Assembly: GCF_009914755.1 (NCBI RefSeq)
Contig: NC_060928.1
DNA length: 64,000 nucleotides
From: the human T2T-CHM13v2.0 reference genome, Homo sapiens
Direction: 5' to 3' (one strand)
Shown piece after piece: positions 28,356-43,765 of this stretch. The position numbers and the translations under genes were made by a program. The notes beneath the pieces were generated by a model. It had not been told where the DNA came from. It ran no database searches and saw only the letters and a list, made by a program, of their open reading frames with translations. Position 1 is the stretch's first letter; each line of letters begins with the position of its first letter.

Positions 28356-28645
28356 GGATGGCAGAAGCGGGAGAGGGCATTCCAGTATGGTTTTGTATGA
28401 TGAGCACAGAGATAGACATGAACATGAAAAGAAAGGGCTTGAAATATCAGAATAAGAAATCTAGGCTGGATCTCATAAACAATTGGGAACCATGGTAGGT
28501 TCTTAAATAGAATGAGTACCTCAATGAAAGTAATGCCAGTTAATCTGGAAGTCTGGAATATGCTACAATGAGAAGGAGACTTATTACAGATAAATGGACC
28601 CTATTAATAATTCAGCTGACAAGATGATTTGAATTTAGATTGTCA

Positions 28646-29096
28646 TGTAGCAGGACGAGCAGCAGACAAAAATCCTCAGACACCAAGTTAAAGAAGGAAG
28701 AGGTTTATTCGTCCGGGAGCATCGGCAAGACTCCTGTCACAAGAGCCAAGCTCCCCAAGTGAGCAATTCTTGTACCTTTTAAGGGCTCACAACTCTAAGG
28801 GGGTCCGTGTGAGAGGGTCATGATAGATTGAGCAAGCAGGGGGGTACGTGATTGGGGGCTGCATGCACCGATAATCAGATTGGAACAGAACAGGACAGGG
28901 ATTTTCACAGTGCTTTTCCATACAATGTCTGGAATCTATAGATAACATAACCAGTTAGGTCAGGGGTCGATCTTTAACTACCAGGTGCCGGGCTGTCTGC
29001 CTGTGGATTTCATTTCTGCCTTTTAGTTTTTACTTCTTCTTTCTTTGGAGGCAGAAATTGGGCATAAGACAATATGAGGGGTGGCCTCCTCCCTTA
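28646..29096 (-). mobile_element. Solo LTR2 (HERV-E/Harlequin family)
   Basis: The reverse complement begins TAAGGGAGGAGGCCACCCCTCATATTGTCTTATGCCCAATTTCTGCCTCCAAAGAAAG and ends TCCTGCTACA; 4-bp TSD GTCA/ATCA. Confidence 0.88.
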
Positions 29097-29529
29097 ATCA
29101 GGATAAATCACATGTATTTTGAAGTAAGAACTCATAAGACTGATAACTGACTTTGTGTATGAGACAAACAGATGCCATGCTAGTCAAGGAAAGAGAAGCT
29201 TGAAAAATGAGTCTAAGTTTGTTGTCCAGAACACTGGAGTAATGACTAATAATTCAGTCTGTCTTAGAAAGTTCCCATTTTTGCTTGTTGACTCAATGTA
29301 ATTATTAATAGTGTCTCCTTTCACTCTTAAAACTGCTGTGGGAGAGTTGAGGCCAAATGAAGTAGCAGCAAAGACTGTTGCCAGGTGTCAGAAGGAGTCC
29401 TCCCCTCCCCAGGATCCTAAGATGTGAGACATCAAGACTTCTATCTAAATAGGCAGATCTGAATACCACAGACAACATGTCTGGGGCTGACACTGAACTC
29501 AAGCTGTTAAGGGCTGAGGCCTGTGCTAT

Positions 29530-31040
29530 TTAAGCATTCATGTTAGGAAAAAAACCACAATAATCAAGAACAAAATAATCAAAAATATAATCGAGAAAAA
29601 ATGTAATCAACATAAGTAAGCCCAGTTATAGAATATGCACACAAGGACTTTAAGAACATTATTATAAGATATTTTAAAGAATTTACAGGAAAAGATGGAT
29701 ATAAGTAGTAAGGCAGTATTAATATATTTCATGAAATAAATAGAATTTTTTTTAAGAAAAGAACCAAATGAAAAAATCCTAGAACTAAAAAATGAAATTT
29801 CAAAAATCAAAACTTCATTGGAAAGCTTAATAGCAGATTGGACACTGCAGAAGAATGGCTCAGTGAACCTGAGGATATATCGGTAGAAATTTTCTAAATG
29901 GAGGCAGAAAGATCAAAATACCTTAAAGAAAGAAAGAAAGAAAGAATGTCAGTAACCTGGAAGATAAGATCAAGTAGTCTAATCAGAGTCACAGAGAGAG
30001 CTATAAGAGAGAACTAGGCTAAAAAAAAAATGAAAATAAGGACTAACATTTTTCAAAGCTGATAACAAAATGTTAACTTTGGCCCTGCATACTTCAGGAT
30101 AAAGAAAAGTGCACAAGTTTTCAATGAACTTCTAAAAATAAAAGTGTATTAGTCAGGGTTCTCCAGAGAAACAGAACCAATAGGATATATAGAGAGATAT
30201 GTCAAAAGAGATTCATTATGAGGAATTGGCTCATGTGGTTATAGAGGCTGATAAGTCCTACAATATGCCATCTATAAGCTGCAGGTCCAGGAAATCTGGT
30301 GGTTCTGTTCAAGTCCAAACCTGAAGGCCTGAAAACAAGTGGTGTAAGTCCCAGTCTGAGTCCGAAAGCCTGAGAACCAGGAGCACAGAAGTCCAAGGAC
30401 AGAAGATGAATGTCCCAGTTCAAGCAGAGAAAGTGAATTTACCCTTCTTCCACCTTTTTGTTCTAGTCAGTTCCTCAACAGATTACATGTTTGCTCACAG
30501 CTGTGAAGATATATCTTCTTACTCAGACTACTGATTCAAATGCTAATCTCTTCCAGAAATATTCTCACAGACACACACAAAAATGATGTTTTCCCAGCTA
30601 TCTGGGCATCCCTTAGCCAAGTCAAATAGACATACAAAATTAACCATCACAGAAAGTTAAAGAGAAAACCTTAAAAACAACTGGAGAAAGATAGTTAGTT
30701 TTAGTGGAACAACAACAAGAACAAAAACTCTCTTATGAGAAATAATGGAGACCAGAAAACCATGGATTAATATATATATATATATATAAAGTGCTTTGAA
30801 GGAAGGGGGCTTACAAAACTAGAATTATAGAATTATACATCCAGGGAAAATATTCTTCAAACAATCCAGGTAAAATTTAAAAACATGTCAGATAAGTAAA
30901 AGCAAAGTAAATATGTCACCAGTAAATTCACACTAGTGAAATGCAAAAAGAAGTTTTTTGTGTGAAGGGAAGTAATAGCAGATGAAAGAATGGATCTGCA
31001 CAAATGAAGGAAGAATGCTGGAAATGGTACATATGTGGAA
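29530..31040 (+). mobile_element. Old L1M ORF1-region remnant interrupted by an MLT2 LTR
   Basis: A-rich decayed ORF1-like sequence (TAATAGCAGATTGGACACTGCAGAAGAA...AGTGAACCTGAGGA). Confidence 0.65.
30145..30651 (-). mobile_element. MLT2 (ERV-L) solo LTR
   Basis: TGTATTAGTCAGGGTTCTCCAGAGAAACAGAACCAATAGGA ... AATTAACCATCACA; TSD AAAAG/GAAAG. Confidence 0.88.
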
Positions 31041-32058
31041 GCAGATTTGATTCTGAGCAGAGCTGTGGTGTTCTGTTTGTTGTTGTTTTGTGGGACAATG
31101 GCAAACAGAGACAGCTCAACAATGAACTGTGGGGTCATAAAGGGACTGTGGTCGGCTTCATCATCATGCTTTAGCATCTCCTTAAAAAGCTATATAAGAT
31201 CACAGGAGCTGAAAACTTGAATTTCAGCCCTCATCACGTCAGATTTTCTTGGCAGGTGATGACATAGTCAGTGATCCTTGGATTTTGTTAGTTCTCTAAT
31301 TTGTGGGCAGAAATTTACACTCAATACCAACTATATAGAGAAGAGAGAAAACACACAGATATACAATTTACCAAAGTATTTGAAATGTAAAATTCTTTAA
31401 GTTTAGCCACCTTAAAAGAGAGCAGGATGACCTAGAATCAAGAGATGCCCACCTTTGTAAGGAGTGATCAAGAACAGCAAAAAGGGAGGCAAATGGTGAA
31501 AAGTTAAATGGGTCCAACTCTGTACTTGGTGATGAAATACCTTTAAAAAACAAGAACTAATAGAAGAAAAAACTAAATATTCAGACTTAGATGAAACTCT
31601 AACTTTATAAGTACAATAATATCACTAGAACATAAACCAAAGTCCATGATGTCACCAGGAACTTTTCCAAATAGAGCATTCAACAACATTCAGATATGGT
31701 CCTTTATGTGTCTTCACTGGGAAGATGGTTCACCATCCTCCACATATATTTTCACCTTGGCAATCAGGCTTTATTCCTCCACCTATAATTCCAACGCAAA
31801 TCATCCAGTTCACGAGAGGAAGACCTCCAGAAAGTATGTACGGATATTCCAAGGAACACTTCTCCAGGGATTTTCTGGACTACCACATCCTTAAGTAACA
31901 ATAAGAAATGTCTATCCACCAAGGGGGTTTCTTGTTTTCCTCTTTCAGACATGTAATTTTCTTTCAGCATTCCAGCATCCTAAATAATAACAGCAAGGCA
32001 CCAGCAGTGTTGACTCATTCTTCAAACAAACTTACTGCATAAATGCAGAACCACAAGA

Positions 32059-32332
32059 GGCCGGGTGCAGTGGCTCACACCTGTAATCTCAGCACTTTAG
32101 GCGGCTGAAGGGAGTAGATCCCTTGAGCCCAGGAGTTTGGGATCAGCCTGGGCAACATGGCAAAACGCTGTCTCTACAAAAAATTAGCAAAGCATGGTGG
32201 TGCATATCTGTAGTCTCAGCTATTCAGGAGACTGAGGTGGGAGGATCACCTGAGCCCAGGAGGTCGAGGTTGCAGTGAGCCATGATTGTGCCACTGTACT
32301 GTAGCCTAAGTGACAGAGTGAGACCTTGTCTC

Positions 32333-32359
<27 letters not shown>
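32059..32359 (+). mobile_element. AluJ
   Basis: Dimeric Alu; TSD AGAAC(C/T)ACAAGA. Confidence 0.93.
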
Positions 32360-32364
<5 letters not shown>

Positions 32365-33196
32365 ACAAGAAACTTGAAACTTTTTGTCTCTCCTCAAAAG
32401 TAATCTACAATTCTCCTCATTTTCTGGTCTAGGAAACTGTATTACTTAAGTGATTATACCTTAGATAATGAAAGCTTTATAGAAATACCAATTGTTAAGT
32501 TGGCATTTAAAAAATAAGTTTGATTTAAATTTTTAAAATGGTTATAAAGATAACTGCCCCACTTTGGACTATGTATTATATGGTTACCCTACTAATGGAA
32601 CAAATCAATTAATTGTGAAACAGAAAGTGATTCTTGGTTTCAGGCAGACTCCAGAAATCAGTCACATGGTAGGAGAAAATTTCAGTAGGGAGAGTACATT
32701 AGGATCATTTTCATGTATATTTTCTGAAAGGTTGCTGCAGTCTTCTCTGGCTTCTTTAACTCCTCTCCAGAAAATCACTATGCCTATTTATTCTGTTTCT
32801 ACAAAATTTTTCAGATCTATTTCCTCTGTTCCCACAGCCATTTTTAAAATTCAGGACCTCACCAGCATTCCTCTGGTACCCAACTACACCATATATTTTT
32901 GAATCAAAGTTGATTATGCTACTTTCCTGCGATTTCTCTTTCTTGTTAAGTCTAGGGCCTCCATTCGTCAATGGTTGTGGAGGATCTGTGATTACCATGT
33001 AATAGTATTTGAATTTGGGGTGTATGTGCATTAAAGTGAGCATCCATCTTAATCTTTTTAACCTTTTACAAGAATAAAAGTTGCTGGGCTATAGATTAAA
33101 TTTCAAAGTTCTTAGCACAGCTTTATAGGTTTTTCAAAATCTAATCCCATACTAGCATTTTTTCCATTATACACCTTAAATTCTGGCCTTCAGGCT

Positions 33197-33688
33197 TGAG
33201 GTAGGCTGAATAATGCCTCTCTTCCCCACAGAGATGTCCACATCCTAATCCTCAGAACCTTGGAATACGTCACCTTGCATGGTTAAAGGGGCTTTGCAGA
33301 TGGGATTAAGTTAAGAATCTTGAGATGCGGAGATTATGTTGGATTATCTGGATCCAATTTAATCACATGGGTCCTTATAAGAAGGAGGCAGGAAGGTCAG
33401 AGTCAGAGAAAGAAATGTGACCATAGAGGCAGTGATCTATTCTTAGATTTGAAAATGTGATCCTGCTGGCTTGAAGATGGAGGAAGAGGCCATGAGCCAA
33501 GGAATGCAGGTGGCCTCTAGAAGCTGGAAAAGGCAAGGACTCCCCTAGAGCATCAAGAAAGACCTTGATTTTAGCCCAAGTGCCACTGATTTCAGACTCT
33601 GACCTCCAGAACTATAAGAGAATAAAGTTGTGCTGTTTTAAGTCATTAAGTCTGTGGTAATGGCTACAGCAATAAGGAAACTAATACA
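33197..33688 (+). mobile_element. MLT1C/D-type MaLR LTR
   Basis: GATGTCCACATCCTAATCCTCAGAACC ... GGAAACTAATACA. Confidence 0.85.
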
Positions 33689-33906
33689 TTGCTCCACAAA
33701 TTAAACAAGGTATGTATTTTCCCACTTCAGAACCTTTGTTCATGATCTTACATTTCCTAGTAGAAAAGTCCTTGTATCCTTTTTCTGCTTGGAGAATTCA
33801 TACACATATTTCAATGCCCAGAACCAATGTCACTAGATTTATTAACATCACTCCTTTATGTGTGCATATTCATGGTTTAAACCATTAGTATAACAGTTGC
33901 ACGTAG

Positions 33907-34332
<426 letters not shown>

Positions 34333-35497
34333 TAACATACACATTTGTACAATCAATACATTGAACACGTGGTAATAAATCTGAGTTGCCTCTGGAAACA
34401 CTCTGGGAGCTACTTAAAAGTTAGGACAAGAAACAAGAATTACATGAGTGTCATCAGAAAAAGAGGTGAAATATATGAGCACAGATATTATTTCTAAGGG
34501 ATTTTAGAGAAAGAAGTTCAGAGAGCTGAAAAAGGAAGAACAGTTAGGAATAATAAATGTGTAAAGAGAAATTAGACAGAGAAGAAAAAAATAGGAGTAC
34601 AGTGCTCCTGGAAAAATATGTTTGTAAACCCTTAATAACTGGGTCCTTAATTTCAACCTCTTTTTATCAGGAAGAATTTACTTAACTTTTTTGAGCCTTA
34701 CCTCTGAATAAGGTTAATTGAAATTCTTGAACCAATTACTTTTGACTTTTTTTTAAGACAAAGTCAATTCTTGAATATATTTTCATTTTTAAAACTGGCT
34801 GGCACAGTGTCTATGAAATAATGCTGTTTATATTCTTCAAGAAAAGAAAATCCAAAACTGATTTTCAGAAAGTAAAAAACAAAACCAAAAAACTTATTTC
34901 AAAAAAAGAGTCATGAGCAATACAAGAAAATACATATTTTGAATAATAGTACCCAGAACTAGAATTAGAACGTATTTTTAATTTGTGAGAGAGTATAGGG
35001 AATATTTATCAGCATTCATTTATTACCAAGGGCTTTCAAATATATCTCATTTAGTTATCAGAACAATTTCATAGTATATGTATTATTATTCAAATGTGCC
35101 AAATGAGAGACTGAGACTTAGAGAAGTTCAGACTTCTACAGTCAGTAATGGACAAAGACAGGTTTATTATTATTATTATTATTATACTTTAAGTTCTGGG
35201 ATACATGTGTAGAATGTACAGGTTTGTTACATAGGTATAAACGTACCATGGTGGGTTTGATGCACCCATCAACCTGTCATGTACATTAGGTATTTCTACT
35301 AATGCTATCCCTCCCGTAGCCTCCCACCCCCCAACAGGCCCTGGTGTGTGATGTTCCCCTCCCTGTGTCCATGTGTTCTCATTGTTCAACTCCCTCTTGG
35401 TTTTCTGTTCCTGTGTTTGTTTGCTGAGAATGATGGTTTCCAGCTTCATCCATGTCCCTGAAAGGAAACGAATGAATCCTTTTTTATGGCTGCATAG

Positions 35498-35822
<325 letters not shown>

Positions 35823-38800
35823 ACCACATTTTTTTTATCCAGTCTATCATTGATGGGCATTTGAGTTGGTCCCAAGACTTTGCTATTGTGAGCAGTGCTG
35901 CAATAAACATACGTGTGCATATGTCTTTATAGTAGAATGATTTATAATCCTTTGGGTATATACCCAGCAATGGGATTTTTGGGTCAAATCACACTTCTAG
36001 TTCTAAATCCTTGAAGAATCACACTATCTTCTGCAATGGTTGAAATAATTTACACTCCCATCAATGGTGTAAAAGCATTCTTATTTCTCCACGTCCTCTC
36101 CAGCATCTATTGTTTCTGATTTTTTTTCATGATCACCATTCTAACTGGTGTGAGATGGTATCTCATTGTGGTTTTGATTTGCATTTCTCTAATGACTAGT
36201 AGTTATGAGCTTTAATAGTTTTGTTGAATGCATAAATGTCTTCTTCTGAGAAGTGTCTGTTCATATCCTTCACCCACTTTTTGATAGGGTTTTTTTTTCT
36301 TGTAAATTTGATTAAGTTCTTTGTAGATTCTGGATATTAGCCCTTCGTCAGATGGAGAGATTGCAAAAAGTTTCTCCCATTCTCTAGGTTGCCTGTTCAC
36401 TCTAATGATAGTTTCTCTTGCTATGCAGAAGCTCTTTAGTTTAATTAGATCCCATGTGTCAATTTTGGCTTTTGTTGACATTGCTTTTAGTGTTTTAGTC
36501 ATGAAGTCTTTGCCCATGCCTATGTCCTGAATGGTATTCCCTAGGTTTTATTCCAGTTTTTTTTTATGGTTTTAGGTCTTATGTTTAAGTCTTTAATCAA
36601 TCTTAATTTTTGTATAAAGTCCAAGGAAGGGGTCCAGTTTCAGTTTTTCTGCATATGGCTAGCCAGTTTTCCCAACACCATTTATTAAATAGGAAATCCT
36701 TTCCCCATTCCTTTTTTTTTGGCAGGTTTCTCAAAGATTAGATGGTTGTAGATGTGTGGCATTATTTCTGAGGCCTCTGTTCTGTTCCATTGGTTTATAT
36801 ATTTGTTTTGGCACCAGTGCCATTCTGTGTTGATTACTGTAGGCTTGCAGTATAGTTTGAAGTCAGGTAGCGTGATGCCTCCAGCTTTATTCTTTTTGCT
36901 TAGGATTGTCTTGGATATATGGGCTCTTTTTTGGTTCCATATGAAATTTAAAGTAGTTTTTTCTAATTCTGTGAAGAAAGTCAATGGTAGCTTGATGGGG
37001 ATAGCATTGAATCTATAAATTACTTTGAGCAGTATGGCCATTTTCACAATACTGATTCTTCGTATCCATGAGGATAGAATGTTTTTCCATTTGTTTGTGT
37101 CCTTTCTTATTTCCTTGAGCAGTGATTTGTAGCTCTCCTTGAAGAAGTCCTTCATATCTCTTGTAGGTTGTATTCCTAGGTATTTTATTCTCTTGGTAGC
37201 AATTGTGAATGGGAGTTCACTCAGGATTTGGCTCTCTGCTTGTCTATTATTGGTATATTGGAATGCTTATGATTTTTGCACATTGATTTTGTATCCTGAG
37301 ACTTTGCTGAAGTTGCTTATCAGTTTAAGGAGATTTTGGGCTGAGCCAATTGGGTTTTCTAAATATACCATCATGTCATCTGCAAGCAGAGACAATTTGA
37401 CTTCCTCTCCTCCTATTTGAATACCCTTTATTGCTTTCTCTTGCTTGATTGCCCTGGCCAGAACTTCTAATCCTATGGTGAATAGGAGTGGTGAGAGAGG
37501 GCATCCCTGTCTTGTGCCAGTTTTCAAAGGGAATGCTTCCAGCTTTTGCCTGTATGATATTGGCTGTGGGTTTGCATAAATAGCTCTAATTATTTTGAGA
37601 TACGTTCCATCAATACCTAGTTTATTGAGAGTTTTTAGCATGAAGGGCTGTTGAATTTTATCGAAGGCCTTTTCTGCATCTATTGAGATAATCATTTGGT
37701 TTTTGTCATTGGTTCTGTTTATGCAATGGATTACGTTTATTGATTTGCATATGTTGGACTAGCCTTGCATCCCTGGGATGAATCCAACTTGATCGTGGTG
37801 GATAAGCTTTTTGACGTGCTGCTGGATTTGGTTTGCCAGTATTTTATTGAGGATCTTCACATTGATGTACATCAGGGATATTGGTCTGAAAGTTTTTTTT
37901 TGTTGTTGTGTCTCTGCCAGGTTTTGGTATCAGGATAATGCTGGCTTCATAAAATGAGTTAGGGAGGATTCCTTCTTTTTCTATTGCTTGGAATAGTTTC
38001 AGAACAAATGGCACCAGCTCCTCTTTATACCTCTGGTAGAATTCAGTTGTGAATCTGTCTGGTCCTGGGCTTTTTTTGGTTGGTAGGCTATTAATTACTG
38101 CCTCAATTACAGAACTTGCTATTGGTGTATATTCAGGGATTCAACTTCTTCCTGGTTTAGTCTTAGGAGGGTGTGTGTGTCCAGGAATTTATCCATTTCT
38201 TCTAGATTTTCTAGTTTATTTGCATAGAGGTGTTTATAGTATTCTCTGATGGTAGTTTGTATTTCTGTAGGATCAGTGGTGATATACCCTTTATAATTTT
38301 TTATTGCGTCTATTTGATTCTTCTCTCTTTTTCTTTATTAGTCTGGCCAGCGGTCTATCTATTTTGTTAATCTTTTCAGAAAACCAGCTCCTGGATTCAT
38401 TGATTTTTTGAAGGGTTTTTTTGTGTTTCTATCTCCTTCAATTCTGCTCTGATCTTAGTTGACTCTTGTCTTCTGCTAGCTTTTGAATTTGTTTGCTCTT
38501 GCTTCTCTAGTTTTTTTAATTGTGATGTTAGGGTGTCAATTTTAGATCTTTCCCACTTTCTGATGTTGGCATTTAGTGCTATAAATTTCCCTCTAAATAC
38601 TGCTTTAGCTGTGTGCCAGAGATCCTTGTACGTCGTGTCTTTGTTCTCATTGGTTTCAAAGAACATTGTTATTTCTGCCTTAATTTCGTTATTTACCCAG
38701 TAGTCATTCAGGAGCAAGTTGTTCAGTTTCCACATAGTTGTGTGGTTTTGAGTAAGTTTCTTAATCCTGATTAAGAATTTGCACTGTGATCTGAGAGACT

Positions 38801-39365
38801 GTTTATTATTTCCATTCTTTTGCATTGCTGAGGAGTGTTTTACTTCCAATTATGCGGTCAGTTTTAGAATAGGTGTGATATGGTGCTGAGAAGAATGTAT
38901 GTTCTGTTGATTTGGGGTGGAGAGTTCTGTAGATGTCTATTAGGTCTGCTTGGTCCAGAGCTGAGGTCAAGTCCTGAATATCCTTGTTAATTTTCTGTCC
39001 CGTTGATCTGTCTAATACTGACAGTGGGGTGTTAAAGTCTCCCATTATTATTGTATGGGAGTCTAATTCCCTTTGTAGGTCTCTAAGAGTGTGTTTTATG
39101 AATCTGGGTGCTCCTGTATTGGGTGAATAAATATTTAGGATAGTTAGCTCTTCTTCTTGCACTGACCCCTATACCATTATGTAATGCCCTTCTTTGTCTC
39201 TTTTGATCTTTGTTGGTTTAAAGTTTGCTTTATCAGAGACTAGGATTGCAAACCCTACTTTGTTTTTTGCTTTCCTTTTGCTTGGTAAATATTCCTCCAT
39301 CCCTTTATTTTGAGCCTATGTGTGTCTTTGCACGTGAGATGGGTCTCCTGAATACACCACACTGA

Positions 39366-39623
<258 letters not shown>

Positions 39624-42508
39624 GGTCTTGACTCTTTATCCAATTTGCCAGTCTGTGACTTTTAACTGGGGCATTTAGCCCATTTATATTTAAGGTTAAT
39701 ATTGTTATGTGTGAATTTGAAACTGTCATCGTGATGCTACCTGGTTATTTTGCCCATTAGTTGATGCAATTTCTTCATAGTGTAGACAATCTTTACAATT
39801 TGGTGTGTTTTTGCAGTGGCTAGTACCAGTTTTTCCTTTCCATATTTACTGCTTCCTTCAGGAGCTCTTGTAAGGCAGGCCTGGTGGTGACAAGATCTCT
39901 CAGCATTTCCTTGTCTGTAAAGGATTTTATTTCTCCTTTGTTTATGAAGCTTAGTTGGGCTGGATATGAAATTCTGGGTTGAAAATTCTTTTCATTAAGA
40001 ATGTTGAATATTGGACCCCACTGTCTTCTGGCTTATAAGATTTCTGCAGAGAGATCCACTGTTAGTCTGATGGGCTTCCCTTTGTGGGTAACCTGACCTT
40101 CCCTTCTGGCTGCCCTTAACATTTTTTCCTTCATTTCAACCTTGGTGACTCTGACGATTATGTGCCTTGGGGTTGCTCCTCTCAAGAAGTATCTTTGTGG
40201 TGTTCTCTGTGTTTCCTGAGTTTGAATGCTGGCCTGTCTTGCTAGGTTGGGGAAGTTCTCCTGGATAATATCCTGAAGTGTGTTTTCCAACTTGGTTCCA
40301 TTCTCCCCGTCACTTTCAGGTACACCAATCAAATGTAGGTTTGGTCTTTTCACATAGTCCCATATTTCTTGGAGGCTTTGTTCATTACTTTTCATTCTTT
40401 TTTCTCTAATCTTGTCTGCATGCTTTATTTCATTAAGTTGATCTTCAATCTCTGATATCCTGTCTTCCAATTGATCAATTCAGCTATTGATACTTGTGAA
40501 TGCTTCACGAAGTTCTCATGCTGTGTTTTTCAGCTCCGTCAGGTCATTTATGTTCTTCTCTGAACCCCTTCGAATGGGGTTTCTGTGTGGACATCCTTTT
40601 TGCTGATCTTGATGCTATTCCTTTCTATTTGTTAGTTTTCCTTCTAACAGTCAGACCCCTCTGCTGCAGGTCTGGTGGAGTTTGCTGGAGGTCCACTCCA
40701 GACTCTATTTGCCTGGGTATCACCAGCAGAGGCTGCAGAACAGCAAAGATTGCTGCCTGCTCCTTCCTCTGGAAGCTTTGTTCCAGACAGGCACCCACCA
40801 GATGCCATCCGGAGCTCCTCTGTATAAGGTGTCTGTCGACTCCTGCTGGGAGGTGTCTCCCAGTCAGGAGGCACGGGGGTCAGGGACCCAGTTGAGGAGG
40901 CAGCCTGTCCCTTAGCAGAGCTTGAGCACTGTGCTGGGAGATCTGCTGCTCTCTTTAGAGCTGGCAGGCATGAACGTTTAAGTCTGCTGAAGCTGCACCC
41001 ACAGCTGCCCCTTCCCCCAGGTGCTCTGTCCCAGGGAGAGGAGAGTTTGATCTATAAGCCCCTGACTGGGGCTGCTGCCTTTCTTTCAAAGAAAGAAAGC
41101 TGTGGTGGGCTCCATTGAGTTCAAACTTCTGGGCAGCTTTGTTTACGCTTTTAGGGGAAAACCACGTACTCAAGCCTCAGTAATGGTGGGCGCCTCTCCC
41201 CCCACCAAGCTGGAGCGTCCCAGGTCAACTTCAGACTGCTGTGCTGGCAGCGAGAATTTCAAGCCAGTGGATCTTAGCTTGCTGGGCTCCGTGAGGTGTG
41301 ATCCGCTGAGCTAGACCATTTGGCTCCCTGGCTTCAGCCCCCTTTCAGGGGAGTGAACAGTTCTGTCTTGCTAGCCAAGACAGGGAGCCACTGGAGTACG
41401 AAAAAAAAAAACTCCTGCAGCTAGATCAGTGTCTGCCCAAACAGCTGCCCAGTTTTGTGCCTGAAACCCAGGGCCCTGGTGGCAGAGGCACCCTAGGGAA
41501 TCTCCTGTTCTGTGGGTTGCGAAGACCATGGGAAAAGTGTAGTATCTGGGCCAGAGTGTCTGGTTCCTCAAGACACAGTCCCTCACAGTTTCCCTTGGCC
41601 AGGGGAAGGAGTTCCCTGACCCCTTGTACTTCCTTAGTGAGGCGACGCCCCATTCTGCTTGGCTCGCCCTCCATGGGCTGCACCCACTGTCTAACCAGTC
41701 CCAATGAGATGAGCTGGGTACCTCAGTTGGAAATGCAGAAATCACCCACCTTCTGTGTTGATCTCGCTGGGAGCGGCTGATTGGAGCTGCTCTTATTCAG
41801 TCATGTTGGAAGAACCTCCCAAAGACAGGTTTTAAATCCATGCTTCTCTGACTGAAATCTGTGTATGTTAAGAAGCTTACAAGATTTTCGTTTTGTTTTT
41901 TACTTTCTGAAAAGGAATTTTTTTAATGCATTAAATTAGTATCAGTAAATCCCTCTCTTTGGAACAGATCTGATTTCCAATTATGATTAGGCTTAGGGTA
42001 ATGATGTATAATGAACATCACTGTCGATTGCAATTGGGGACCAATATCCCAACTGACAAAAACATTATATACACAAATCATATTAGTAATAGAGGTGTCC
42101 TCAAGAGTTAGTTTTTTTAAATATTAAAAACAAGGAATTTTACATGCATTTGCTTAATCAATATAAAAAAAGCTAGGATATAAATGCATTATTTCCATTT
42201 TATGATGAAACACATTTGAAACTCATAGAAATCAAATCACACAGCTGGAAAGAGGTACAATCAGAATAGAACAGGAACACAATAGTGCACTTATTTATTC
42301 ATTCAACGATCAAATATTTATTAAGAGCATCCCATGTGTCATAGACTACTGCACACACTATGCTCCTCTCCAGTGGATTTTTCAATAAATAAAACATAAT
42401 TCTAAAAGCCTTAAAACTGATATGATTCATAATATGCTAGGATATCATGACTGTCAGGAAAGATGGAGGGGGCATTGCTTTAGGATTCTTGTGCATTCAT
42501 GCACCAGC

Positions 42509-43123
42509 TGTTGAGGCTCAGGAACCGATATCCCAAAATATGGTGCTCTGACTTGCTGAACTGAAGAAAAAGCCTCAAGGTCTCTCTGATCATTCCCTTC
42601 CTCTTCCGTTCTCCCAATCCTCTGTCTGTCCCAAAGCACAGGATGGAGTCCCTGAAGTTCCCTTATCTGCCCAAAGTCCAAATCTTCCAAAGAAGAAAAC
42701 AATGACCTCTAGTCCCTTCCCTGAGTTTTTATTAACTAAGCTCATACTGAGGGAAGAAAGACTGAAGTCTAACATACCTGGACAGATTTTTGTCACAGAC
42801 CATTGTCTCTTCTGTGGCCCCAACAGACTTTGTCCCAGACCAGTATATGTTCTTCAAGCCCATAATTCCCCTAAAATTCAATTCCCCTAAAAATCATTTA
42901 CTACCCACCTCAAATCATACACACTTCCTCCATCTCTCTTTACCCTAAGAAGGCTATATAACCATCTGTACCCCATTGTGTGGTGAGGTTATCACTCTGT
43001 GGTTCTCCCTCTAAGCATGTTAATAAATTTGTATGCCATTTCACCTATTAATCTGTCTTTTGTCCGCTGACTTTCAGCAAACCTTCGGCGGGTAAAGGGA
43101 AAGTTTTCCCTTTGTCTCTAACA
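42509..43123 (+). mobile_element. Solo ERV1 LTR, MER39/MER34-like
   Basis: TGTTGAGGCTCAGGAACCGATATCCCAAAATATGGTGC ... CTAACA; related to the LTR at 5756. Confidence 0.82.
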
Positions 43124-43385
43124 GTTAACTGCTTAATAACAATGTTTCATATTACTATAGTTACAACAACAGTTCAATTATTATTTATGGACATAAATTG
43201 CTGCTAAATCACTGTTTTATAACTTAACAATGTTTGTTCCTCTTCATTGGGTTACAACAAAACTCCTAATGGCCAAGCAATTACCTACTTTAGTTTGCGA
43301 TAAATCAATTTCCTAGTCACTTACATCAAGGAGTATCAAACTATACAAAGGGGAGGAAATCTTTCAGCTCAAAAAAAAAGGAAGG

Positions 43386-43765
43386 AGCCGGGGGCAGTGG
43401 CTCATGCCTGTAATCCCGGCACTTTGGGAGACCAAGGTAGGTGGATTGCTTCAGCCCAGGAGTTCAAGACCAGCCTGGGCAACAGGGTGAAACCTCGTTT
43501 CTACAAAAAATACAAAAATTAGCTGAATGTGGTGATGCACACCTGTGGTCCCAGCTACTCAGGAAGCTAAGGTGGGAGGATTACCTGAGCCTGAGAGATT
43601 GAGGCTGCAGTCAGCCGAGATTGTGCCACTGCACTCCAACCTGGGTGACAGAGCGAGACCCTGTCTCAAAAAAAAAACAGCAAAAAAGAAAGGTTGGGGG
43701 AGGAAGGAAGAAAGGAAGGAAAAAGGGAGGGACAGAGGAAGGAAGGACGGGAGGGAGGGAGGTAG
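43386..43765 (+). mobile_element. AluJ followed by a purine-rich (GGAA/GGGA) tract
   Basis: Alu consensus to ~43678, then low-complexity purines. Confidence 0.9.
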
